64,000 nucleotides of DNA from NCBI GenBank assembly GCA_016212095.1, contig JACRHH010000027.1, positions 23,880-87,879 of the forward strand, in the 5' to 3' direction. This DNA is from Nitrospirota bacterium. GTDB lineage: Bacteria > Nitrospirota > Thermodesulfovibrionia > SZUA-242. A program made the position numbers and the translations under genes. The notes under the pieces were generated by a model. That model worked only from the letters and a program-made list of their open reading frames with translations, searched no databases and had not been told where the DNA came from. Numbering within the stretch: position 1 is the stretch's first letter; each line of letters begins with the position of its first letter. Shown piece by piece: positions 1-8,805 of the stretch.

Positions 1-302
1 ATGCGCCGTGGGCGCTTGAGGTGAACGGCATTACAGCGGTGATAGCGCCGAGCTTCGCGCGCATATTCCGGCAGAACATGTTCAACTGCGGCATGATGGC
101 GATTGAACTGGACGAGGCGCAGGTTGCCGCGCTCTTTGAACGCGCCGGAGATGGCGCGGCGATAGAGTTCGATCTGAAATCCGGCAAATTTGCGGTCTCA
201 TCCGGCAAGGGCAGGGCTGAGTTCACGTTTTCGCTGGCCGGATTCGACCGCGAGCTGGTTGAGTCGGAAGGCTGGGTGGGCTTTGCCGACAAGCGGTATT
301 AA
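1..302 (+). CDS. leuD: 3-isopropylmalate dehydratase small subunit, C-terminal part (5' end lies upstream of window)
   Basis: The frame of ORF 21..302 is open to the window edge. The translation ...IAPSFARIFRQNMFNCGMMAIEL...GWVGFADKRY looks like the LeuD/aconitase swivel domain. TAA stop at 300-302. Confidence 0.8.
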   Translation, partial: APWALEVNGITAVIAPSFARIFRQNMFNCGMMAIELDEAQVAALFERAGDGAAIEFDLKSGKFAVSSGKGRAEFTFSLAGFDRELVESEGWVGFADKRY

Positions 303-565
303 TCGCCGATGACCACAAGCGGGCAGGCAGAGGGCGAAAACGTTCCGGTGGACGATTCCTTCTGCCTGCTCTGCGTCTACGCCGCCGGAAGGCTTGATCC
401 GGCTGCCATCTCAGTGCCTGACGGCCCGTGCGGCTTGTCGTTTACGCCCGGCGATGAATTTTGCCTCGATATGCGAACCGCGAACTGCGGGATAAGAAGG
501 CGGTAAACAGCTTGGTTAATTGATGTTAAGTTGCCGCGACTGCATCGCTGGCGGCTATTCGGTGA

Positions 566-1441
566 GTGGGGGGATGTTTTGATGGAACCGGTGACAAGTC
601 CCGCATTGCCACGCTGATATTCGGCAAGTCCTCGCTCCGCGATCGGGATGAGGAGGAAGTGCGCGGTTATCTCAATGCCTTGAAGCTTGTCCATGAAGGC
701 GGCGACATGCTTTCCGTATCCGAATCCACTATCAGAAAACTTCACAAGCTTTCGCGCGGAGAGATCTGGGATGCCGGAGCCTACAAGGAAAAGGATGTCG
801 ATATCATCCAGACCTATCCGGATGGCCGCAGCCGCGTGCGCTTCAAGCCGGTTTCCGCCGGGCAAACACCACAAGCGATGGCGGAGATGATCGATCTTTG
901 GAACCGCGGTCTGCGTGAGCGCTGGGTGCATCCGCTCGTTTTGGCCGCCGCATTGAACCTCGACTTCCTCTGTATCCATCCCTTCCGGGACGGCAATGGC
1001 CGGGTTTCCCGGCTGCTGTTCCTGCTGACCAGTTACCACTGCGGTCTCGAAGCCGGGCGGTTTGTCAGCCTCGAACGTCTCATTGAACAGAACAAGGCAC
1101 GCTATTACGAGGTGCTCGAACAAAGCTCCCAAGGCTGGCACGAAGGCGAACACGACCCGTGGCCCACGATAAACTTCCTGCTTTCCATCCTCAAGCAGGC
1201 GTGCAAGGAATTCGAGCAGCGCGTCGGCCACATCAAATCGCCACGGGGCGAAAAGACCGCTGCCGTGCTTGCGGCAATCGACCGGCAGATTGGCGACTTT
1301 CGGGTGACAGATTTGCAGGCCGATTGTCCAGCGGTGGGCGTAGACTTGATCCGCAAACTTCTGTCCCGGCTGCAACAAGAAAGAAAGGTTTGCTCCCTTG
1401 GAACCGGACGAGGCGCGCAGTGGCGGAAAACCGGAAACTAG
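566..1441 (+). CDS. Fic/DOC family protein (AMPylase-type motif), possibly 5'-truncated
   Basis: Canonical Fic motif HPFRDGNGRVSRLL (HxFx[DE]GNGRxxR), followed by a C-terminal wHTH-like segment. The ORF starts at a GTG directly after an in-frame TGA (563-565). The usual N-terminal Fic_N segment is missing. Confidence 0.8.
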   Translation: MGGCFDGTGDKSRIATLIFGKSSLRDRDEEEVRGYLNALKLVHEGGDMLSVSESTIRKLHKLSRGEIWDAGAYKEKDVDIIQTYPDGRSRVRFKPVSAGQTPQAMAEMIDLWNRGLRERWVHPLVLAAALNLDFLCIHPFRDGNGRVSRLLFLLTSYHCGLEAGRFVSLERLIEQNKARYYEVLEQSSQGWHEGEHDPWPTINFLLSILKQACKEFEQRVGHIKSPRGEKTAAVLAAIDRQIGDFRVTDLQADCPAVGVDLIRKLLSRLQQERKVCSLGTGRGAQWRKTGN

Positions 1442-1516
1442 GTACTATCCCGCAAACCAGGTATTAAACTACGTATTGAGGAAATTTCGGTCAGCAATGA
1501 GCTTCAAATAGTCCAA

Positions 1517-1554
1517 ATAAAAAAGGATACCCGTTTCCGGGTATCCTTTTTTAT
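1517..1554. terminator. Bidirectional rho-independent terminator between the convergent Fic gene and the giant gene
   Basis: Perfect 13-bp stem aaaaggatacccg / cgggtatcctttt with a tttc loop. An A-run lies on one side and a T-run on the other. Confidence 0.8.
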
Positions 1555-1578
1555 TCCAGCATTAATGTGTGGCTTTAA

Positions 1579-4500
1579 TTACTGTCCGCAATATGCGGCG
1601 CAGGCCTTTCCGTTATTGTAGTCGTCGAGCTTCAGGTAGAGAGGCTCTCCCACCTTCCACGCCGCGCTGTCACCAGTAACCCCGCTGCCTGCCGGATACT
1701 GGCCCATCCATGAATCGGCGGCGGTGATTGTGTCGGTGATGCAGGTTGAGTTCGCCGCGGAAAGCACGTTCAGTTTTGCCGAAACAAGAGCCCGGAACAG
1801 CGTGTAGGTCTTGTCGCCGCGAACCGATTTGCTCATCAGGTTGATGGCGTCGGCCTTCGAGTATGTCCTGCCGCCGATGGTGATCGAGCCAACCGGCCAT
1901 GCCTCCGGATGATTCTTCCAGTAGCCGGGCGACCTTACGCAGCCGCCTGAAGTTGTATCGCAAGTGGAGCCGGTGTAAATTGCAACGTCCGTGTCGGACA
2001 CGATTGTTGTGTTGTAGGTTCCCGACGCCGTTGCTGAATTGGTGTGAGAGCCGGTTCCGGCGGCAAACGGGCCGATCACGCATGTGAATGTGGCTCCGGA
2101 CTTAAGCCCGGCAGGAACCGCGCAACTGTCGAGAGCGTAGAGGCTGTCTGAAAGGCTGAAGCCGGTCAGATCGACATTGCCGGTATTCCTGACCACAAAC
2201 CTGTAATAGACATTGCCGCAGGTTTCCGGGTTGCCGGAGGAACTTCCGGAATTGGCGCCGCAGCCGGATGCATCGCGGTCATCATATTCGCGGTCGTGCT
2301 TTCCGCATGATTCCTTGCGGGATGAGCAATACTTGCCATCCCTGTCGTCACAGACGCCGTCGCCGTTGTAGTCGCATCGCCCGATCTCGTGCTCGTCATG
2401 TTTTCTCGATTCGCACAAGGTGTTGTCCTGGCTGTCATCGCAGCGGTATTTGCGTGTGTGGCTGCCGTTGTCGCTGTCCTTGACGTCGCAGGACGACTTG
2501 TTCAGCCTGCAGTAGTCGATGTCGCGCTCGTCGCATTTGCCGTCGCGGTTGTAATCGCTCGTGCCCTTTTCGGCATCGTGGTGCTCCTGAACCTTAAGGG
2601 CGCAGTAGGCCAGGTTGGCGCTGTCGTCACAACGATATGAACGCTTGTCGCTGACAAAACGGATGTCCTGCGCGTCGCAAACGGCCTTCTTTGCTTCGCA
2701 GTAGCTGATGTCGCTTTCGTCGCACTTCCCGTCGCGGTTGTAATCGGCGTGTTCCCTGTCGCGTTCCGTTTTCGCCCTCGATTCACAGTCAGGCTTTAAG
2801 AGGCTGTCGTCGCAGCGATAGTTTCTGCTTGAGTTGCCCTTCTCCTTGTCGTGAATGTCGCAGGACTCCCTGTCCTGTCCGCAATAGTCCATGTCATGCT
2901 CGTCGCACCTGCCGTCGTGGTCGTAGTCGCTTCTCTCCCTTTCAGCGTCGGATTGGGTGGATGTGCAGGGTTTGCCGTCAGGGCCGCAGAGCTTGACCGG
3001 AAGTCCGGGTGCTATATCGCCGTCCTGCCAGTTGATCCCGTCGGCTGAAACGTATTTCTCAAGATCGATGGACGGCTTGGCCGAACAGTCATCGCCATGA
3101 TAGATGGCGATGTCGGTTGCCTGAACGGTTCTGCCGTCGTATGTGCCTGTGGCTGTCGCCGTGTTTACATGCGGCCCGGCAATCGCATCGAACGGGCCGA
3201 TCACGCATGAATAGGCTGCCCCGGCGGCAAGCGACGCTGGAACCTGACAACCTGTGACAGGATACTGACTGTCGGAGAGCGAGAATCCAAGGTCAACCTC
3301 GCTTGTATTGACCGCATCGAGCTTGAAATAGACCTTGCCGCACAAGCCTGGCTGCTTGCCGCCGCACGAAGCGCCCTCCATTTCATGATCGTGTTTCCTG
3401 CAGTCGTCGTAGTTGAAGATGCAATGCAACGTGTCGGATTCGCCGCATTCTCCGTCATGATCGTAATCGCAGCGTTCAGTCTCATGCGCTTCGTTTGCCA
3501 TGGATTCGCAGTAGGTTTTACCGTAACTGTCGTCACAGCGATACTTGCGCCTGCCTTCATCGTGCTGCTTGTCGTGATCGTTGCAGTCCGATCCGTTCTG
3601 CCTGCAGTAGTCGATATCGCGCTCATCGCAGCTTCCGTCGTGGTTGTAATCCGAACGCTCTCTTTCTCTGTCGTGTTCGGCCTTCACGCGATCGGCGCAT
3701 GCGATCTTGTCGGAGCTGTCCTCGCACCTGAACGACCTCTCGGAACATGAATGGTTTTTGTCCTGCTCGTCGCAAGTATCCTTGTGGGAGCGGCAGTAGT
3801 CCATGTCGCGCTCATTGCTCTTGCCGTCGTGGTTATAGTCGGAATGCTCCTTCTCGTGGCGCTCACGAACCTTGGTCTCGCATGAGGATTTGTTGCTGCT
3901 GTCGTCGCAGCGATATGAGCGGGCATGGCTTTCATGCTTTCTGTCATGGGAATCGCATGAGGCCTTGTTTGCGGCGCAGTAATCGACATCCCGTTCATCG
4001 CTTTTGCCGTCATGGTTGTAATCGGCATATTCCCTGTCGCGCCGTTCGCGTGCTTTCGATTCGCACGAGGATCTGCTGCCGCTGTCGTCACAGCGGTATT
4101 TACGTGATTTGCTTCCATGTCGCCTGTCTTGCCCGTCGCAGGAAGTCTTGTTGTTGTCGCAGTAAGTCATGTCGCGCTCATCGCACTTGCCGTCATGATT
4201 GTAGTCGGCATGATTTCTGTCACGGTCGTTATCGTGGTGTTCGTCGTCGTCATCGACGCCGCCGTCATGCTCCGAACCGGCTGCCGGACAGAGGCATACG
4301 GCAAGACCGGCGGCATCGTTGGCATCGAACCAGTTAATGCCATCCGTTGAAACGTACTTCCTTAAGTCAAGAGTCAAGGCAACAGGCTTGTTGAATCCGA
4401 AGTCTGTCGTGTTGTCCGCGCTGAAATCCGTTATCGTCACGCTTGCCGTGCTGCCGTTGCTGTCGGCGGTGGTGTTTCCGCCCTGACCGGAAGGCGACGG

Positions 4501-6735
4501 CACGTAACCTGCGGGAGCTGAAACGCTCACTGTGTATGTTCCGGCACAGAGGCCCCGGAAATCGTAATGGCCGGAAGCGTCTGTAATGACGGTCATGCCG
4601 TTGCTCAAGGCAACGGTTATGCCCGCAAGGCCCGGCTCGCCAGCGTTCTGGATGCCGTCACGGTTGGCGTCGTCCCAAACGAGGTCGCCGATCATTCCGG
4701 CGCACGGCTTGTTGAAACCGAAGTCCATGTCAAGATTGTTGGTGGCGTCGGAACCGAGTGCAACCGGTATCGGAGTGCCGTCAGCCGGTTCATCGCTGTC
4801 GAGTGCATTGTTGCCGCCCTGGTTGGCTGCGGTAGGAACCATTCCGGGCGGAATGGTGTTTTCGTCAACGTCAACGAAATAATTGCCCGCGCATAGACCG
4901 GTGAACTCGTAGAATCCGAGAACATCCGTGATCGCTTCACCGGTCTGCACGCCCTGGGAGTTTTTAAGGATCACGCGCACGCCTGACATGCCCGGCTCGC
5001 TCGCGTCCTGAATGCCGTCACGGTTGGCGTCGTCCCAGACGAGGTCGCCGATCATTCCGGTGCATGGCGACAGATAACCGAAATCGATGGTTTGATCCAC
5101 GGTTGCGTCGGTAGTCATAACGATGGAAACCGCGCCCCCGTTTGCCGGGCCATTGCTGTCCAGCGCGGCATCGCCTGTGAACGGCGTTGTTGCTGTAAAG
5201 CCCGGAGGCAGTGTTGACTCGTCAACATCAATGGCGTAAGAGCCGGAGCAGATGCCGGTAAAGGCGTATGAGCCATCGGCGGCGGTAATGGCAACCGAGG
5301 AATTGCCGAAGCCGTCGGTCAGAACGATATTAACGCCTGACATGCCCGGCTCGCCAGCGTCCTGGATGCCGTTACGGTTTATGTCGTGCCAGACAAAATC
5401 GCCGATCATGCCGGTGCATGGCGATACATAACCGAAGTCGGCGGAAAGATCGGCTGTTGCGTTATCAGGCAAGGAGACCGAAGCCGCGCCACCGTTTATC
5501 GGGCCATTGCTGTCGAGGCCCGTATTGCCGCCGGCAAAAGGTGTGGTTGGAGAAAATCCCGGCGGCAGGGTTGTCTCATCCACGTCGATAAAATAATTGC
5601 CGGAACAGAGACCGGTAAAGGCGTATGAGCCGTCGGCTGCGGTTGCGGTGATTGCAGTGTTGCCAATGCCGTCAGTTAGAACTACATTAACACCGGATAT
5701 GCCTGGTTCACCGTTGTCCTGAATGCCGTTACGGTTTATGTCGTGCCAGACAAAGTCTCCGACCCGGCCTGTGCAGGATGATATGTAACCGAAGTCTATG
5801 GTTTGATCCACATCTGAATCCGTGAGCAGCGTTATGGGCGCGGCTCCGCCATCAACGGGGCCGTTGCTGTCAAGCGCGGCATCGCCAACGAGAGGAGTGG
5901 TTGGCGTCAGGCCCGGAGGCAGGGTATTTTCGTCCACGTCAACGAAGTAGTCTCCGGCTGTCAAGCCATAGAATTCGTAAGTTCCATTTGCATCGGTGGT
6001 GACGGTATCCATCACAAATCCGGCAGGGTCGAGGAGATCGACAGTAACGCCCTCGATGCCAGGCTCTCCGGCGTCCTGAACGCCGTTGTTGTTGATGTCA
6101 TGCCATACGGTATCGCCGATCTGGCTTGCAAGCGGCGCGATATTGATGTGAAAGCTTGTGATCTCCGAGCCTATCGCTGTCCCCGGATGAGTGACTCTCA
6201 CGGCGGTCATCAGTGTTATCGGATCCAGCGAAGGCATCAACGTGGTCATCGAACCTGAAAATCCGCTTTGCTGAAAGCTTCCAGCAAGAAGTCCGGAATC
6301 CAGCAGCAATGAGCCGTTGGCGTAAGTCTGTATCCAGACCGAACCCTGGGTAACGAGCCCATAGGTGGTTTGCAGGTTCAGCGCAACAAGCGGGCCGGGT
6401 ACCGTGTCCGTCAGCATGATATCTATATACTTTGACCCCGCCGGAGCAATTGGCGGCGCCATGCTCAAGTCCACGGAATCAAGGTGTGTCTGAGGCAGGC
6501 CGGGTAAACCGAACAGCGGCGAACCGATGCCTGTTGTCACGTTTACAACCCACAGCCCGATTGGGCCGCTGAAACCGACGATCCCCGGCGTTGCGTTGGT
6601 GTCTCCAGCTCCGCCATCTACCACCGTGACGGTATTGGCGCCATCAGAGAGTGTGATCGTTGGGGCAGCCTCGATCGATCCTGCCGTGAACAATGCAAGC
6701 ATGGCCAGCATTAAAGCTCTTGGTAATTTGCACAT
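1579..6735 (-). CDS. Giant secreted repeat protein: signal peptide, N-terminal domain, 6x SdrD-B-like modules, 2x split beta-sandwich (DUF11-like) domains carrying Cys/Asp-rich DxNxDG repeat insertions, C-terminal GYWKNHPEAWP domain
   Basis: The start is set at ATG 6735, with GGAGG 7 nt upstream (the ORF track starts at 6759). Signal peptide MCKLPRALMLAMLALFTAGSIEA. Repeated IGDxVW(H/D)DxNxNGIQDxGEPGxxGV...G.Y.F.GL..G.Y modules. Nine DY(N/D)xDGxCDExD repeats. TAA stop. Confidence 0.85.
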   Translation of the reverse strand: MCKLPRALMLAMLALFTAGSIEAAPTITLSDGANTVTVVDGGAGDTNATPGIVGFSGPIGLWVVNVTTGIGSPLFGLPGLPQTHLDSVDLSMAPPIAPAGSKYIDIMLTDTVPGPLVALNLQTTYGLVTQGSVWIQTYANGSLLLDSGLLAGSFQQSGFSGSMTTLMPSLDPITLMTAVRVTHPGTAIGSEITSFHINIAPLASQIGDTVWHDINNNGVQDAGEPGIEGVTVDLLDPAGFVMDTVTTDANGTYEFYGLTAGDYFVDVDENTLPPGLTPTTPLVGDAALDSNGPVDGGAAPITLLTDSDVDQTIDFGYISSCTGRVGDFVWHDINRNGIQDNGEPGISGVNVVLTDGIGNTAITATAADGSYAFTGLCSGNYFIDVDETTLPPGFSPTTPFAGGNTGLDSNGPINGGAASVSLPDNATADLSADFGYVSPCTGMIGDFVWHDINRNGIQDAGEPGMSGVNIVLTDGFGNSSVAITAADGSYAFTGICSGSYAIDVDESTLPPGFTATTPFTGDAALDSNGPANGGAVSIVMTTDATVDQTIDFGYLSPCTGMIGDLVWDDANRDGIQDASEPGMSGVRVILKNSQGVQTGEAITDVLGFYEFTGLCAGNYFVDVDENTIPPGMVPTAANQGGNNALDSDEPADGTPIPVALGSDATNNLDMDFGFNKPCAGMIGDLVWDDANRDGIQNAGEPGLAGITVALSNGMTVITDASGHYDFRGLCAGTYTVSVSAPAGYVPSPSGQGGNTTADSNGSTASVTITDFSADNTTDFGFNKPVALTLDLRKYVSTDGINWFDANDAAGLAVCLCPAAGSEHDGGVDDDDEHHDNDRDRNHADYNHDGKCDERDMTYCDNNKTSCDGQDRRHGSKSRKYRCDDSGSRSSCESKARERRDREYADYNHDGKSDERDVDYCAANKASCDSHDRKHESHARSYRCDDSSNKSSCETKVRERHEKEHSDYNHDGKSNERDMDYCRSHKDTCDEQDKNHSCSERSFRCEDSSDKIACADRVKAEHDRERERSDYNHDGSCDERDIDYCRQNGSDCNDHDKQHDEGRRKYRCDDSYGKTYCESMANEAHETERCDYDHDGECGESDTLHCIFNYDDCRKHDHEMEGASCGGKQPGLCGKVYFKLDAVNTSEVDLGFSLSDSQYPVTGCQVPASLAAGAAYSCVIGPFDAIAGPHVNTATATGTYDGRTVQATDIAIYHGDDCSAKPSIDLEKYVSADGINWQDGDIAPGLPVKLCGPDGKPCTSTQSDAERERSDYDHDGRCDEHDMDYCGQDRESCDIHDKEKGNSSRNYRCDDSLLKPDCESRAKTERDREHADYNRDGKCDESDISYCEAKKAVCDAQDIRFVSDKRSYRCDDSANLAYCALKVQEHHDAEKGTSDYNRDGKCDERDIDYCRLNKSSCDVKDSDNGSHTRKYRCDDSQDNTLCESRKHDEHEIGRCDYNGDGVCDDRDGKYCSSRKESCGKHDREYDDRDASGCGANSGSSSGNPETCGNVYYRFVVRNTGNVDLTGFSLSDSLYALDSCAVPAGLKSGATFTCVIGPFAAGTGSHTNSATASGTYNTTIVSDTDVAIYTGSTCDTTSGGCVRSPGYWKNHPEAWPVGSITIGGRTYSKADAINLMSKSVRGDKTYTLFRALVSAKLNVLSAANSTCITDTITAADSWMGQYPAGSGVTGDSAAWKVGEPLYLKLDDYNNGKACAAYCGQ
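2212..2991 (-). repeat. Tandem coding repeats: 4 x 61-63 aa Cys/Asp-rich units (second insertion block)
   Basis: DYDHDG/DYNRDG/DYNRDG/DYNGDG anchors at residues 1278, 1339, 1402 and 1463 of the 1726-aa track ORF. Each unit reads DYNxDGxCDExDxxYC...CD..D....R.YRCDDS.....CE. Confidence 0.8.
3337..4296 (-). repeat. Tandem coding repeats: 5 x 61-63 aa Cys/Asp-rich units (first insertion block)
   Basis: DYNHDG/DYDHDG anchors at residues 852, 913, 974, 1037 and 1098. A DDDDEHHDNDRDR acidic stretch precedes the block. Confidence 0.8.
4387..6120 (-). repeat. Six tandem SdrD-B-like (about 115-aa) modules with long near-identical DNA stretches
   Basis: Module starts IGDTVWHD, VGDFVWHD, IGDFVWHD, IGDLVWDD (x2), and so on. 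For example, DNA 4644-4700 and 5004-5060 are nearly identical (gccgtcacggttggcgtcgtccca[a/g]acgaggtcgccgatcattccgg). Confidence 0.8.
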
Positions 6736-7126
6736 GGATAAACCTCCAGATTCTCCCATCCAGATTGATAATTATTGACCGTGAAACATCCTTGGCCATT
6801 CTTCGGAAAAACGGTAAAGCATATTTGTTGCTGTATATTGCAAGAATGTTGCCAGATTGTAACTTATTGATAACTCGTGGTTTAATTTTCTGAGCATATT
6901 GGAGATGTAAAATCCACCAACAGTAGCCCGAAGATTGTTGTTTGGCGGCGTGACCGGATAACTCTTTGTTATCACGCGTTTATTCTGATGAGGGCAACTG
7001 CGGGGCCGGTTCCCCCCTGCTAATGGCTAATGACGAATTAAATTTCCCGACATGAACCGCATGGCCGAATTATCGTGCTGAATAATCCGGTCTTGATCTT
7101 ATCCCGTCGTGGCCGGTTGCCGACGC

Positions 7127-7810
7127 TTAGCCAAGCTCCTTGCCGCAGTGCTTGCAGACCACGGCGCGGGCCTTGATCACTTCGGCGCAGTACGGGCATT
7201 CTTTCGTGAAGTGGGTCTCGTGAATCTTCTTGATGGCATCCGCTATTGCCTTGCCTATTGCGTCATGCCCCGGTTCCACGGCGTGCAGCGCGTCGAGCGA
7301 TTTGGGGTCGCCAATGTCGCCAAGCATCTGGGCGGCTTTCAACCGGACGCTGGGCCATTCCTCGCTTGAGCGAAGGATCTCCATTATCGGGCCGGTATCC
7401 CTGGCGATAAACGCATCGGTCAGCCGGGCCATCGCGAGGCGGCGAAGTTCGAGGCTGGCCTCGTCCTTAGCCTCCTGAATCTCATCCAGGATATTGCCCT
7501 TCATCGCATCCACGCTTCCAACCGGAACCGCCATGCACTCGTTGGAGTCGGGATGAATCATCGCCCTGTATCCCATGGAATGGCCGAATTGCTCGTCCAT
7601 ATGATCCCAGCTTCGCTTGAAGAAACCGCATTCATCGTTGAAGCATATGTACAGATGGTCGGAGCACCAGCCCAGGCCGTCGGAGAAGTTGAACGGCGGA
7701 ACCTGCCATTTGTTCATCTTTTTATTGCAGTACGGGCAGATGTATTCCTTGCGGGCGGCTTTTTTTGAATTGTCGGGGCCGGCTGCCTTGCTGTCTTTGG
7801 AATGAGGCAT
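7127..7810 (-). CDS. Hypothetical Cys-rich protein with HEAT-like segment and C-terminal zinc ribbon
   Basis: Start at ATG 7810 with AAGGAG 6 nt upstream. CPYC...C..H...C.NDEC cluster, LGDIGDPKSLDALH (HEAT/PBS-lyase-like), and C-terminal CPYCAEVIKARAVVCKHCG. Confidence 0.6.
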   Translation of the reverse strand: MPHSKDSKAAGPDNSKKAARKEYICPYCNKKMNKWQVPPFNFSDGLGWCSDHLYICFNDECGFFKRSWDHMDEQFGHSMGYRAMIHPDSNECMAVPVGSVDAMKGNILDEIQEAKDEASLELRRLAMARLTDAFIARDTGPIMEILRSSEEWPSVRLKAAQMLGDIGDPKSLDALHAVEPGHDAIGKAIADAIKKIHETHFTKECPYCAEVIKARAVVCKHCGKELG

Positions 7811-7847
7811 TTGTTGCTCCTTAATAATGTTTAAACAATCGGCGAGA

Positions 7848-8573
7848 TTAGCGGCGGGCAAGCATGTTTTCGCCGAAAAGAACCGTCCGCATCCATTTCA
7901 CGCCGAAACCGATAAGTTCAATGTCGTCCTCGCGAACACGGCGAAGCGTCTCTTCGTCAACGCTGAAATGATTCAGGAATCCGGAATTGAAAATCATCGA
8001 GCGGAATTCGTCGGGGTTGTAGCTGCCGATGAAGAACACGTCGCGTCCGGGGCCGTCCAGCAGGTTCACCCTGTCAACCGCCGGGTGCTGCGTTACGGAT
8101 GACCAGATATTGTTTACCGCCTCGTGCAGTTTCATATCCTGACCGTCCCGCCAGTCGGAGACTTTTTGAACATGTTCGCCGTCGAAACCCAGACAGAAAT
8201 CGCGCTTGACTATACTGAAACCCTCGCCATCCGCCGGTTCCAGCGGAAAGCTTCTGCAAGACCAAGGGCGGGCGTTGTAGATTCGGCAGCCGTTGTCGGT
8301 GGTAAATGGGCAGCTCTTGTCCGATTTCCGCATCTTCAGCAGCATCACCGGATGGCCTATCGCCTTCGGGAAAAGCGGAATTACATGGGTTTTCAGCAGT
8401 TCGCCGGACGAAATTCCCAGCGCGCGCCGCATCAGGGCAATGTCTATTGGCGTGAGATAGATGTTCACATCGCGGCAGCATTTGTTGAAGCACGCCAGTT
8501 CACGCCCGCACGAGAAACGGAATTCGCCGGATTCGCTCAATGTCCGCGGGCTGTTTTCGATAACGGCACTCAT
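7848..8573 (-). CDS. YkgJ-family (UPF0153) cysteine-cluster protein
   Basis: N-terminal FSCGRELACFNKCCRD (CxxxxxCxxCC) and later C-rich motifs typical of the putative Fe-S/Zn 'YkgJ' family. Confidence 0.65.
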   Translation of the reverse strand: MSAVIENSPRTLSESGEFRFSCGRELACFNKCCRDVNIYLTPIDIALMRRALGISSGELLKTHVIPLFPKAIGHPVMLLKMRKSDKSCPFTTDNGCRIYNARPWSCRSFPLEPADGEGFSIVKRDFCLGFDGEHVQKVSDWRDGQDMKLHEAVNNIWSSVTQHPAVDRVNLLDGPGRDVFFIGSYNPDEFRSMIFNSGFLNHFSVDEETLRRVREDDIELIGFGVKWMRTVLFGENMLARR

Positions 8574-8744
8574 TTAATGATCGTCGCCTCCGTCGCATCG
8601 GCACGGCGAATAGATCATGATGGCGTCCTTGATCTTGTTCACGGCTTCGTCCGGCGTTGACCCAAACGCGCGATAGCCGGGCAGCCTGGCGTATTGCGCC
8701 TCCCATCGCCCGTCTTCCGTCTGATGCAGTATCAGTTCTCTCAT
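8574..8744 (-). CDS. HicB-like (UPF0150) small protein, orphan
   Basis: MRELILHQTEDGRWEAQYARLPGYRAFGSTPDEAVNKIKDAI resembles the HicB/UPF0150 fold signature (..G.Y.A....LPG....G.T.EEA..N..EAI). I saw no HicA next to it. The start is uncertain (8762 or 8744). Confidence 0.5.
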   Translation of the reverse strand: MRELILHQTEDGRWEAQYARLPGYRAFGSTPDEAVNKIKDAIMIYSPCRCDGGDDH

Positions 8745-8805
8745 GGCCAGAAAGTATAACAATCCGCCATGTTTTCTGTCACGCCGGGAGCGCGGAGCTT
8801 GCGGA

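Noticed and set aside
309-506. 65-aa ORF between leuD and the Fic gene
   Set aside because: I recognised no motif, and it is overlapped by the antisense shadow ORF. It is probably non-coding spacer or debris from the missing Fic 5' region.
377-1378. 333-aa minus-strand ORF opposite the Fic gene
   Set aside because: The plus strand carries the unambiguous HPFRDGNGRVSRLL motif. The minus ORF has no recognisable motif and looks like a typical antisense shadow in GC-rich coding DNA.
2166-4350. Many 60-200-aa ORFs on both strands inside the giant gene's repeat blocks (His/Thr/Arg-rich translations)
   Set aside because: They are artefacts of periodic repeat DNA with few stops in alternative frames. 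Only the 1579-6735 minus frame gives a signal peptide and coherent domains.
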